Shown here: positions 9,023 to 18,624 of the stretch, piece after piece
How positions within the stretch are numbered: the first letter of the stretch is position 1
How the letters are laid out: each line of letters starts with the position of its first letter
Source: Chitinophagales bacterium
Lineage (GTDB): Bacteria; Bacteroidota; Bacteroidia; Chitinophagales; JADJOU01
Assembly: GCA_044368655.1 (NCBI GenBank)
Contig: JBIPPB010000002.1
Location: 8,479 to 72,478 of the forward strand
Direction: 5' to 3'
DNA length: 64,000 bases
Notes under the pieces: model-generated
What the model saw: the letters and a program-made list of their open reading frames with translations, nothing else
Database searches by the model: none
What the model was told of the DNA's origin: nothing
Translations under genes and position numbers: made by a program

Positions 9023-10585
9023 ATGGCTATTAAGGCTCATTTTAATACCATTTCCATTCCAATTGAAAAAATTAGAATTTTCAATAAACTTATTGACGAT
9101 TACTACGGTTTTAAAGAAAAAATTAGAGAAATTATATCTTTTCAACCTAATTTTGAAGGTATAAAAGAATCAAGTAAAGTTATAAGTCAAAATTTTAATC
9201 AAAGATGTTTATTAAAAGAAGTTTTAGAACAGAATTATAAATCTTTAGCACCTCCTATTGAGGTATTGAAGAATATTGAAACTTTAAAAAAAGATGGTTT
9301 AGCTATAGTTACTGCGCATCAACCTAATTTGTTATTAGGGCCTTTTTATACCATTTCTAAAGCGGTTTCAATAATTGCGTTAAGCCAAAAATTGAACAAT
9401 TTAAATATTGGATTTCATTATTCTCCTATATTTGTCATTGGTTCAGAAGATCATGATAAAGATGAAATATTGAATGTTACAATTTCTTCCAAAAAATACA
9501 ATTTTAACACAGATTATGAAGGGCCTCTAGGAGCGATGGAAAATTCGAATCAATTAAAAGAATTGGTCGATTTTATATTATTTGAATTAGGAGATACAGT
9601 AAATACACTTGATTTAAAAACTGCTATCAAAGAAGCGTATAATCGAAATTCATTAGCCGAAGCTACTCAATATTTGTTGACTTCAATTTTTGGCAAATAT
9701 GGTTTAGTCGTTTTAGATCTAAATTTGCCTTGTATTAAAAATGCAGTTTACCCAATATTTCAAAAAGAGTTAGAAAGTAATTGGGTTCAAAATCTAACAA
9801 AAAAGAAGGTGGAATGGCTTTCCGCAAATTATTATGTTCAAGCACCGCCACAAGATTGTAATTTGTTTGATATTTCAGATGGGAATCGTTTTAAAATTCG
9901 TCGTGATTCAATGGATGATATTTCAATTTATGATAAAAATCCTGAAAGATTAAGCCCTAATGTCATGTTAAGACCTATAATGCAACAATTCGTATTACCT
10001 TCCGTTGCATATATTGGAGGCGCTGCCGAAGTAGCGTATTGGCTTCAATTAAAAGATCTTTTTAAAGCGGCTGAAATTCCATTTCCTGTAATTTTATTAA
10101 GAGATATTTTTAATGTTTTGGATAAAAAAAATTATGAAAAGTGGAATAAACTGGGATTGAATGAAACAGATTTATATCAAAAACGTATCTTTTTAGATAA
10201 TGAATTTGTAAAGAAAAACAGTTTTGTTGAAAGTTATACGGAAGCTCAGAAAAAGAATTTTCAAGAACGTATAACTGAAATAAAGTCAAAAATTATTGAA
10301 ACGGATAAAACACTTGAAAATTCATTAAATGTTTTTGAACATGATATCGATAAAGCTTTTTTAAGAATTCAAAAAAAATGGCTACAAGCCGAGAAAAGAA
10401 AAAAACAATTTGAGCTTGATCAAATCCATAATATTAAAGATTTACTTTTTAAAGACGAGGTGATGCTGGAACGAATTGAAAGTTATTTTCCATATCATAA
10501 AACATATGGTACGGAATTATTGGATGAAATGATAAAGCAATCGGATGTATTTAATTATAATTTAAAATTAATAGTGGCTGATTAA
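9023..10585 (+). CDS. bshC: Bacillithiol biosynthesis cysteine-adding enzyme BshC
   Basis: About 520 aa. It has the VTAHQPNLLLGPFYTISKAVSIIAL motif, IGGAAEVAYWLQLK, and a C-terminal coiled-coil, all characteristic of BshC. Confidence 0.7.
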   Translation: MAIKAHFNTISIPIEKIRIFNKLIDDYYGFKEKIREIISFQPNFEGIKESSKVISQNFNQRCLLKEVLEQNYKSLAPPIEVLKNIETLKKDGLAIVTAHQPNLLLGPFYTISKAVSIIALSQKLNNLNIGFHYSPIFVIGSEDHDKDEILNVTISSKKYNFNTDYEGPLGAMENSNQLKELVDFILFELGDTVNTLDLKTAIKEAYNRNSLAEATQYLLTSIFGKYGLVVLDLNLPCIKNAVYPIFQKELESNWVQNLTKKKVEWLSANYYVQAPPQDCNLFDISDGNRFKIRRDSMDDISIYDKNPERLSPNVMLRPIMQQFVLPSVAYIGGAAEVAYWLQLKDLFKAAEIPFPVILLRDIFNVLDKKNYEKWNKLGLNETDLYQKRIFLDNEFVKKNSFVESYTEAQKKNFQERITEIKSKIIETDKTLENSLNVFEHDIDKAFLRIQKKWLQAEKRKKQFELDQIHNIKDLLFKDEVMLERIESYFPYHKTYGTELLDEMIKQSDVFNYNLKLIVAD

Positions 10586-10602
10586 CACCTGATATAATAA
10601 CA

Positions 10603-11277
10603 ATGAAAGAAGTAGTTCGTCAATTATATTTTTTTTTAAAAGAATTTGAAAATCAAGAGGTTGCTATTAAACAAGCGCAGTATATGCGAAATCAGTTTCC
10701 TTTTTTTGGATTGATGCGCAATGAAAGAAATTTATATTTTAAAAAATTTAAAAGTGAGGTTCAATCAGTTAAATCTATAGACGCAGTCATATTTTGCAAT
10801 GAATGTATTCAATATGATGAACGTGAAATGTGGTATATTGGTTTGGATTTTTTGATCAAAAATAAAAAGGTGTTGCTCCCAACGGATATTGATTTTATTT
10901 TTCATTTAATCATCGAGAGTAAATGGTGGGATGTCGTTGATTTAGCGGCGTCAAATCTTCTAGGTTATTTAGGCGAATTGGATACCAATTGTTTAGAGAA
11001 AATTAAACAAGGGAAAAATCATAATGATTTATGGATTCGAAGGTCTGCAATCATTTTTCAGTTAAAATACAGATTGAAAACCGATTGGAATTATTTATCT
11101 GAAATTTCTTTAGAAATGTCATCTGAAAAAACTTTTTTTATAGATAAAGCGATAGGCTGGGCATTTCGCGAATATGCAAAAGTAAAACCTGATATTGTTA
11201 AAGCATTTATAGAAAATCATAAAAGTATATTAAATCCACTTTCCATTAGAGAGGGATTAAAACATTTAAAATCATAA
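10603..11277 (+). CDS. DNA alkylation repair protein (AlkD-like HEAT-repeat glycosylase family)
   Basis: YMRNQFPFFG, WWDVVDLAA, WIRRSAIIFQL and KAIGWAFREYAK match the AlkC/AlkD-like family pattern. Confidence 0.75.
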   Translation: MKEVVRQLYFFLKEFENQEVAIKQAQYMRNQFPFFGLMRNERNLYFKKFKSEVQSVKSIDAVIFCNECIQYDEREMWYIGLDFLIKNKKVLLPTDIDFIFHLIIESKWWDVVDLAASNLLGYLGELDTNCLEKIKQGKNHNDLWIRRSAIIFQLKYRLKTDWNYLSEISLEMSSEKTFFIDKAIGWAFREYAKVKPDIVKAFIENHKSILNPLSIREGLKHLKS

Positions 11278-11281
11278 TAAA

Positions 11282-12316
11282 ATGGATAATCAACAAAATA
11301 GAACAGAGATTGCACAATTGGGTGAATTCGGATTGATTCGTAAAATCAAGAGTTTAGTTAATCAAAATATAGATACAATTAAAGGAATTGGTGATGATGC
11401 GGCTGTTTTTAAAGTAAATCGCGAAAATGTATTAGTTTCAACGGATTTTTTAATTGAAAATATCCATTTTGATTTGACTTACACCCCATTAAAACATCTT
11501 GGTTATAAGGCCGCTATTGTCAATTTTTCAGATATTTATGCCATGAATGGAACGCCAAAACACATTACGGTTTCTATCGCAATTAGCAATCGATTTTCGG
11601 TTGAAGCCATTGAGACGCTTTATAGCGGTATACAATTAGCTTGTGAAAAACATGGCGTTGACATTATCGGTGGAGATACAACGTCTTCGGAGAAAGGTTT
11701 AATTATTTCAATTACCGTAATTGGTGAAGCCAATCAAAAAGATATCGTTTATCGAAATGGTGCCAAACCCGGTGACTTGATTGCGGTTACAGGAAACTTA
11801 GGTGCCGCTTATATGGGTTTACATATTTTACAAAGAGAAAAAGCAGTTTTTATCGCAAATCCTGAAATGCAACCAGAAATAGATACAAACAATGCGTATT
11901 TAGTTGAGCGTTTTTTAAAGCCTGAAAATCCAAGAAGTTTTATCCAATTTATTAATAATGAAAATATTAAACTAACTTCGATGATGGATGTAAGTGATGG
12001 TTTAAGTAGTGAGTTACTTCATATTGCCGAACAATCTAATGTTGGTTTTGAAGTTTTTGAAGCACAAATTCCAATTCATCCCAATACCGAAGCAATAGCG
12101 GAGCAATTCAAAATGGATCCTACAACTTGCGCCCTAAATGGTGGAGAAGACTATGAATTATTATTTACATTTGATCCCGCATTTGAGTCAAACTTTGAGT
12201 CCTTTGAAGGCATAACAATTATTGGTTCTATTAAACCTAAAGATTTTGGAACAAAATTGCATTCTAAAGGAAAGAATTTGTATGATATTAAAGCGCAAGG
12301 TTGGAAAAGTTTTTAA
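11282..12316 (+). CDS. thiL: Thiamine-monophosphate kinase
   Basis: AIR-synthase-like fold motifs are present: IGDDAAV, DIYAMNG, IIGGDTT, DVSDGL, NGGEDYELLFT. Confidence 0.85.
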   Translation: MDNQQNRTEIAQLGEFGLIRKIKSLVNQNIDTIKGIGDDAAVFKVNRENVLVSTDFLIENIHFDLTYTPLKHLGYKAAIVNFSDIYAMNGTPKHITVSIAISNRFSVEAIETLYSGIQLACEKHGVDIIGGDTTSSEKGLIISITVIGEANQKDIVYRNGAKPGDLIAVTGNLGAAYMGLHILQREKAVFIANPEMQPEIDTNNAYLVERFLKPENPRSFIQFINNENIKLTSMMDVSDGLSSELLHIAEQSNVGFEVFEAQIPIHPNTEAIAEQFKMDPTTCALNGGEDYELLFTFDPAFESNFESFEGITIIGSIKPKDFGTKLHSKGKNLYDIKAQGWKSF

Positions 12317-12379
12317 CTCACATAAAAAAACAACTAATTTTGATTTGAAATATGTATTTTAGCATATTTTTAATAGATT

Positions 12380-13048
12380 ATGCAAAAAAGACACGCCATT
12401 GTAGTTGGAGCTAATGGACTTATAGGAAAAGAACTAACCCAATGCCTTATTGATAGTGATATATATGAAAAAGTTACATTAGTTTCTAGAAGGTATTTTG
12501 ATGTAGAGCATCCTAAACTTGAACTTGAAGTTATTGATTATAGAGAGCTTCATAAACACTGGGAGCTTTTTACATGTGATGACTTATTTTATACATTAGG
12601 TACAACAATTAAAAATGCAGGTAAAAAAGATGCTTTTTTTAAAGTAGAATATGATTATTGTGTCAATATTGCAAAAATTGCACACCATAATAAAGTGAAA
12701 CAATTTTTATTAGTAAGTTCAAAAGGTGCCAATCCTAAATCTTTAATTTTTTACGCTGCAACAAAAGGTAAAATAGAAGAAAATTTAAAGCAAATTGGAT
12801 ACCCTACTTTACACATTTTTAGACCAAGTGTTTTATTGGGGCAACGTGATGAATTTCGTTTTTTAGAAAAGTTGTCACAAGGATTTCTTAAAATGTTTAA
12901 TTTTATGATGATTGGCTTTTTCAAAAATATCAAAGGAATGCCATCAAAAAATCTAGCTAGAGCAATGGTAATACAAGCTGAAAAAAGTGAAAAAGGAATT
13001 CATATTTACAGTAATCGAAAAATTCATGAAATGCTAAAGAATGGATAA
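12380..13048 (+). CDS. NAD(P)H-binding oxidoreductase (HTATIP2/TIP30-like atypical SDR)
   Basis: Rossmann motif VVGANGLIGKEL, plus FYTLGTT..AG, LLVSSKGA, YAATKG and IFRPSVLLGQR. Confidence 0.65.
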   Translation: MQKRHAIVVGANGLIGKELTQCLIDSDIYEKVTLVSRRYFDVEHPKLELEVIDYRELHKHWELFTCDDLFYTLGTTIKNAGKKDAFFKVEYDYCVNIAKIAHHNKVKQFLLVSSKGANPKSLIFYAATKGKIEENLKQIGYPTLHIFRPSVLLGQRDEFRFLEKLSQGFLKMFNFMMIGFFKNIKGMPSKNLARAMVIQAEKSEKGIHIYSNRKIHEMLKNG

Positions 13049-15062
13049 AAAACTTTTCTTAGGAATTTTAATACTATCTTTTAATTTCATACTTAATGCT
13101 CAGTTTGAAAAAAATGCAATAAGACAAACCGCTTCAGAGTCCGAATTGGACTTGATTCAGGACTCAATGCATACTTATTTAAGATTAACGCTATGTGGCG
13201 ATGTTAATTATAATGAATCGCTCCAAAAATATACACAAAAAGATAATCTTTATCAACCTTCTTACAGAACATGGTTTCGGCAGATAAAACCATTGTTTTT
13301 TTTCAGTGATTTAGTTATAGCAAATCTAAAATGTCATTTTCCTGACCCGATTCAAACATCAAAATATGAAGCAGCACCAGATGCTTTTTTAGGAGAATTG
13401 GCTTATTCGGGTTTTAATGTATTGCTCCTCTCTAATGCTGCGGCAACATCAAAGTTTGCGGAAGTAAATCAAAATAATTTAGAAAAAATAGATAAATGGG
13501 GTTTTTACAGAACGGGTTTGTTTTTTAATTCCCTCGACCGAAAACGTAATTTTCCTTTAGTATTAGAAAAAAAAGATATTCGAATAGGTATTTTAAACTA
13601 CTCTACAGATAGTATGTTTTATAATTTTCCGACTAAAACAGTGAGTTTTTTTGAGTTAGATACCGTTAAAAAAGATATTGAAAAGTCGCAAAAAATGCTC
13701 GTAGATTACATAATAATGTATATTGATTGGGGCAATTTTTCAGATTCACTTAAATTGTCAAATCATATTCAGTTAATTAATTTAGGGGTAGATGTTATTG
13801 TTGGAACCGGTCAGAAAGGTTTTACATCAGCGGATGTATTAGATTTTTCAGGAGGGCAAAAAAAGATAATTATTAATAGTTTAGGCGCGCTAAACTCGGA
13901 CAGTACGTCAAGAGAAACGGACAAAAGTGCCATCATTGAAGTTATACTTAAAAAGAATAAAAAAACACAAGCGGTTCGGATGCACGACATGGGATTTATT
14001 CCGATTTGGACGTTGATGGATCCGGAACGATATGCAGTCTTACCAATTAGTAATATTGAAGAGCGTCATATCGAAAATATTAATTTAAACTATCTGCAAT
14101 ATTCAAATATGAAAATTGCGTTAACAGATTTGAGATATGGTTTTTTTGATAAAATACCCGAAATCCATTATGATTTTAATGATCGTATTGTAAATGCTGT
14201 GGAAGAGACGGTTTTCTTTAGGAAAACGGTATTGATGGAACAAGAAAAAATCAATGAAGCGTTTAGAGAAAAAGGCGTAAGCATTTATGCAAATATGTTT
14301 GGACAGATGCCTCCTCCTGAAGAAAAAGTTTCGAGATACATTATTCCTTTTGAAGATAATCTTAAAATTTATACACCAAAAAAGAAAGTGATTAAATGGC
14401 AAAAAGCCATTGATCGTGATATGGATACGGTAGATTTTGTTAATGAAACTAATGGTATCATGAGTGTAAGAGCTAATAAAGTTTTTTATTCAAGAGAAAA
14501 AGATACAACAACGCCATTGACAAAAGCACAAATTCGAATTCGCGATTCTATAAAAAATTATAGAGATCGTTTTTATGTAAAAGATACCATTGCGGAGCAA
14601 AAAACAAAGCTCCGAAAAGAACGCGCCGAAGCAAAAAGAATTAAAGACAGCATTTATAAAGCGTCATTAAATCCAGATTATATTCCACAAATGGCCCCAA
14701 TTTTTGAACCATTAGATCGTTCAAAAATAAGTAATTATAGAGAATCGAATCGGTCAGGGATATTTACAGCCTCAGACCCAACGCAAGAGGAAAAAAGCCC
14801 TATAAAAGAAATTGAAGAGTATTTTATGATCCAATTTTATAGTTTTAGTAAGCCCCGTCCGGTCGCTCTAGATATAATGCCGTTTTTGGCAGGATATGAA
14901 ATTCGGTTTGAAGAAGGTTTATATAGATATTATTTAGGGAGAACAAGATCGCCGCAAGTGGCTATTGAAATGTGTCGACAGATAATTTCAAAAGGTATAA
15001 AAGATGCTATGGTTATTAAATTTACAGACGGTAAACGTACTGTTTATAAAACTTTTGAATAA
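13041..15062 (+). CDS. CapA-like (PGA_cap metallophosphatase-fold) protein with a C-terminal SPOR-like peptidoglycan-binding domain; probably non-catalytic
   Basis: Signal peptide present. LTLCGDVNYN and IANLKCHF resemble the first two CapA motifs, but the later His-bearing motifs appear replaced (SNAAAT, IDWGNF, VIVGTGQKGF). The C-terminus FMIQFYSFSKPRP...YRYYLGRTRSPQVAIEMCRQI is SPOR-like. It overlaps the upstream gene by 8 nt. Confidence 0.4.
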   Translation: MDKKLFLGILILSFNFILNAQFEKNAIRQTASESELDLIQDSMHTYLRLTLCGDVNYNESLQKYTQKDNLYQPSYRTWFRQIKPLFFFSDLVIANLKCHFPDPIQTSKYEAAPDAFLGELAYSGFNVLLLSNAAATSKFAEVNQNNLEKIDKWGFYRTGLFFNSLDRKRNFPLVLEKKDIRIGILNYSTDSMFYNFPTKTVSFFELDTVKKDIEKSQKMLVDYIIMYIDWGNFSDSLKLSNHIQLINLGVDVIVGTGQKGFTSADVLDFSGGQKKIIINSLGALNSDSTSRETDKSAIIEVILKKNKKTQAVRMHDMGFIPIWTLMDPERYAVLPISNIEERHIENINLNYLQYSNMKIALTDLRYGFFDKIPEIHYDFNDRIVNAVEETVFFRKTVLMEQEKINEAFREKGVSIYANMFGQMPPPEEKVSRYIIPFEDNLKIYTPKKKVIKWQKAIDRDMDTVDFVNETNGIMSVRANKVFYSREKDTTTPLTKAQIRIRDSIKNYRDRFYVKDTIAEQKTKLRKERAEAKRIKDSIYKASLNPDYIPQMAPIFEPLDRSKISNYRESNRSGIFTASDPTQEEKSPIKEIEEYFMIQFYSFSKPRPVALDIMPFLAGYEIRFEEGLYRYYLGRTRSPQVAIEMCRQIISKGIKDAMVIKFTDGKRTVYKTFE

Positions 15063-15068
15063 TTATTT

Positions 15069-16226
15069 ATGAATGCTATTCAAACGATTTTTGAGCCCGA
15101 TTGTCCATTAATAAAATGTCAAGTAATTTTTCCTATTGGAAAATTAAATGAAACAAAAAAGCTTCAAAGTATGCTTTTTTCGCAAATGTTAATGAAAAGT
15201 ACGTTGAGCAAAAATGCTTTTGAAATCCATTCGGTATTGGATTTTTATGGAGCATCAATGGATTGTTTTTCTGGTCCCATGCATACGACTTTTGAAATTT
15301 ATTGCCACCAAAAACATTGGAAAAACATCGTAGATTTATTGTTCGAAGTTTGTTATGAAGCAAAATTTGATATTTCCGAATGGGACTTATTATTAAAAAA
15401 GAAAATTGAAGAATTAAAACAACTTCAGCTTCAAAATGATTGGCTTGCCGATAAAAAAATAATGACGTCTCTTTTTGGTTCTGAACATAATTTTGGATAT
15501 ATTCAAACAATAAATGATTATCAAAGTATTGATTTAGCGGATATAATTAATTTTTATAATGAAAAATGGCTAAATGCATCTCCAACTTTTTTTATTGCTG
15601 GAGGCATCGATAATTCGAGTGTAGAATATTTAGAAAAGCAATTACATTCGCATAAAAAACAGGCTATAATTGAATCTATAAAATCAAAAATAACCTATTT
15701 AGAATCTGAACAAAATACAAGTTCAAAGCAATATCAAGTTTCCATTCGTTTAGGTAAATTGATTGAATGTCATGATGAAATGGATTTTTTAACGTATGAA
15801 GTTTTTAATATGGCATTAGGTGGTTTTTTTGGATCTGCTTTGATGCGTGAAATTCGACAGAAAAAAGGATTAACCTACGGTATTTATTCCTATTTACAAA
15901 TGTATGCAAATCATGGCGCATTAATTGTTTCTCTTGAAACGGCACCTTCCAATCTGAAAATTGCGTTAGATGCAATTTTATCCATTTTTGATCGTTATTA
16001 TAAAGATAAAGATTTGTTTAATGAAGCCAAAAGACAAGTCTATTCCAATTGGATTCGTTCGAGCAGCCAATCATTAAATGAAATAAAAAATTATGTACGT
16101 TTTCATAAAATGGGACTTGATTATAAAAAATATGAATCTTTAGTTAAAAAAATTGAATCCATTGAATTTGATTTAACTAAAAATAAATTGGGATTGGCTA
16201 GTGATTTGCAAATAGTTTATTTATAA
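15069..16226 (+). CDS. M16 (pitrilysin/insulinase)-like protein lacking the HxxEH zinc motif
   Basis: M16-like C-terminal pattern REIRQKKGLTYGIYSY. No HxxEH occurs anywhere in the 385 aa; the expected N-terminal position reads SMLFSQMLMKST. Confidence 0.45.
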   Translation: MNAIQTIFEPDCPLIKCQVIFPIGKLNETKKLQSMLFSQMLMKSTLSKNAFEIHSVLDFYGASMDCFSGPMHTTFEIYCHQKHWKNIVDLLFEVCYEAKFDISEWDLLLKKKIEELKQLQLQNDWLADKKIMTSLFGSEHNFGYIQTINDYQSIDLADIINFYNEKWLNASPTFFIAGGIDNSSVEYLEKQLHSHKKQAIIESIKSKITYLESEQNTSSKQYQVSIRLGKLIECHDEMDFLTYEVFNMALGGFFGSALMREIRQKKGLTYGIYSYLQMYANHGALIVSLETAPSNLKIALDAILSIFDRYYKDKDLFNEAKRQVYSNWIRSSSQSLNEIKNYVRFHKMGLDYKKYESLVKKIESIEFDLTKNKLGLASDLQIVYL

Positions 16227-16228
16227 AA

Positions 16229-18040
16229 ATGATATTACGTTTTACTTATCTCTTTTTATCTTTGATTTTAGCTGTAAATAATTTTGCTCAAACGTATAAT
16301 GCGCCTTCATTAACTTGTGTTCAGAGGCAAAGTGCAACATTAAATGTTGTCGAATTTAAAAGGTCAAATGTAACTTGCGGCACTTTTATCGCCCACGAAA
16401 TATATAGATCCAATGCATTAAATGGCCCTTATGTTTTAATTACGAGTATAACGGATGTCAATGTAACAACCTACAATGATAATACAATTAGTCAAAATGC
16501 TACCCATTTTTATTATTTAAAATCAAATTATAATTGTGGCGCAGGATTCACTTCCTTAAATTCAGATACATTTGATGATCAAAGACCGCAAGCGCCCGAA
16601 GTTTATAAAGTTTCTATTGAAAATCAAAAAGCCGTTGTGTATTGGAGGTATAAACCCAGTTCCAAAATTCAAGGATATCGAATTGATTGGATTGGAAAAG
16701 ATACTATTGGAAGATTAGATCAAAGAGATGCTACTTTTTTTATTGATAATAATGTAGATGTTAATGCCGAAACAAGACTCTATGCGGTCAATGCCATGGA
16801 CAGCTGTTCGTTTAGAGGTAGTAATTCTTTTGGGATTAGTGGGGGAAATTTCCCGCATGCGCCCATTTTATTATCTATGGTTCAAGATAATTGCGAAGGT
16901 ACGATTAATCTTAATTGGACGGGCTATATTGGTTGGGGGAATCAGACCGATCGTGATTTAGTAAAAGAATATCAAGTTCTAGTTAAAATAAACAGTCAAC
17001 CAGAAAAAATAATTGTCAAACAAGATTTTAACAATAAAAGCTTTATATACAATGGTTTTAATTATGGAGACACTTTATGTATTCGAATAAAAGCATTGCA
17101 TCCAACCGTTGATTCCATTTTTTCGCATTCGAATCAATTTTGTTTTATTTCCGAAAAAATACAAAAGCCGAAGTTGTTGGAGTTGATAAGTACTCGTTAT
17201 ACCGATAAAAATCAACAAGAAATTCGTTGGTATTGCGATAGTAACGCACAGTTTAAAAATTTTGGAATCGAGGTTACGGATATTCGTTCTGGGCAGATTG
17301 TTAAGGAGTTAGTTATCCCAAATCCAATTGTAGAAGGTTCAGGCTATTTTAATTTTGTTGACAATGCGGCTTTTGACATGAATCCGTATCGATATCAAAT
17401 TATATTCAGAGATGCTTGTAATGCGGAGTTGTCAGGGATCGAAATTAATTCTTTATTTTTAAAAGCTACTCAAACCGGTTTATTTACCAATAAACTAACT
17501 TGGAGTCAAGAAATTATTCCAAGTCAAATTCCAACCACATTTTTAGCTTATCAAGTATGGGTAAAGAAAGACAATGAGCCGTTTCAGTTGGTTGAAACAT
17601 TAGCGACTAACATTTCGAATTACGAACATAATGTAGAAAAAGATACTAACTATAATGGCGTTTTTTGTTATCAAATTCGTGCTTTTTATCAATTTGATAC
17701 CACGCAACCTATCGCACAAAAAACCTTTCAATCTTGGTCTAATTTTGGATGTGTTACTCAACGAACGGTAGCGCATATACCTAATGCTTTTAAACGAAAT
17801 GGAATCCATCCCGAGTTTAAACCGATGCTCATTTTCTTTGATGGGGCTTATTATAATATGAAAATATTTAATCGATGGGGCATTGAAATCTTTGAAAGCA
17901 ATGCACTTGATATAGGTTGGAATGGAACGATGAAAAATGGTTCCATTGCGGAAGAAGGCGTTTATATGTATATCATTTCTTATAAAGCAAACGACGGTAA
18001 AATCGTAACAAAGACAGGAAATGTACTTTTACTAAAATAG
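16229..18040 (+). CDS. T9SS type B cargo: secreted multi-domain (FN3-like) protein with a gliding-motility-associated C-terminal domain
   Basis: Signal peptide present. The C-terminus IPNAFKRNG..MKIFNRWGIEIFES..GWNGTMKNGSIAEEGVYMYIISYKANDGK..GNVLLLK is TIGR04131-like. Confidence 0.7.
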   Translation: MILRFTYLFLSLILAVNNFAQTYNAPSLTCVQRQSATLNVVEFKRSNVTCGTFIAHEIYRSNALNGPYVLITSITDVNVTTYNDNTISQNATHFYYLKSNYNCGAGFTSLNSDTFDDQRPQAPEVYKVSIENQKAVVYWRYKPSSKIQGYRIDWIGKDTIGRLDQRDATFFIDNNVDVNAETRLYAVNAMDSCSFRGSNSFGISGGNFPHAPILLSMVQDNCEGTINLNWTGYIGWGNQTDRDLVKEYQVLVKINSQPEKIIVKQDFNNKSFIYNGFNYGDTLCIRIKALHPTVDSIFSHSNQFCFISEKIQKPKLLELISTRYTDKNQQEIRWYCDSNAQFKNFGIEVTDIRSGQIVKELVIPNPIVEGSGYFNFVDNAAFDMNPYRYQIIFRDACNAELSGIEINSLFLKATQTGLFTNKLTWSQEIIPSQIPTTFLAYQVWVKKDNEPFQLVETLATNISNYEHNVEKDTNYNGVFCYQIRAFYQFDTTQPIAQKTFQSWSNFGCVTQRTVAHIPNAFKRNGIHPEFKPMLIFFDGAYYNMKIFNRWGIEIFESNALDIGWNGTMKNGSIAEEGVYMYIISYKANDGKIVTKTGNVLLLK

Positions 18041-18041
18041 A

Positions 18042-18614
18042 CTATTTTCTCGGCTTACAACTGTAGCAAAAATTTGAATATGTTTCAATTTCTGCCAAAA
18101 CTTCCAGATGTATTTTTTTTAATTTTTCTTTTTGAACGCCAAAGTCCGTTTCTTTACTTGCCTTCATTCCTTTCTCTATCAATTCTTTAGAAAGGTTTTC
18201 GTAAATAGGTTTGTAAAATTGTGGGTCAGAAAATGCATTTTTCTCTTCAAATAACTTTTTACGAAGTTTTCGAGAATAAAGTTCATTAAGGTCAAATATG
18301 TATTGGCAAAAATTTAATAATTCAATAGCTTTAGCCGAATCGGGAGCAATGATAGAGGCAATGTCTTTTTTGAAAATATTTTTAACTTTTTTGTTAAAAT
18401 TTTTGGTTACCATAAATTCAAATTGAGACATATGATATTCAAATGCCATGCTATTTTGAATAAATATACTGTAATTTTTTGTATTGCCAATCTGAGTTGT
18501 TGAGGCTTTGATATCGTTTAATGATAGATGATATTTACCATCCCAAGCAATTTCATTTTGACCGAAACTGCATTGGCACAAAAAAATAAAAATAATTAAG
18601 ATTTTAAATTTCAT
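18042..18614 (-). CDS. Hypothetical secreted protein
   Basis: Signal peptide MKFKILIIFIFLCQCSFGQ. No motif recognised. Its stop is 1 nt from the stop of the convergent gene. Confidence 0.5.
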   Translation of the reverse strand: MKFKILIIFIFLCQCSFGQNEIAWDGKYHLSLNDIKASTTQIGNTKNYSIFIQNSMAFEYHMSQFEFMVTKNFNKKVKNIFKKDIASIIAPDSAKAIELLNFCQYIFDLNELYSRKLRKKLFEEKNAFSDPQFYKPIYENLSKELIEKGMKASKETDFGVQKEKLKKIHLEVLAEIETYSNFCYSCKPRK

Positions 18615-18624
18615 AAAGTTAAAT

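Noticed and set aside
15133-15510. Minus-strand 125-aa ORF, and similar antisense ORFs at 14121-14402, 17600-17809, 19494-19778 and 36549-36869
   Set aside because: All are embedded antisense or out of frame within longer ORFs that have recognisable domains. Such ORFs are expected by chance in AT-rich sequence.
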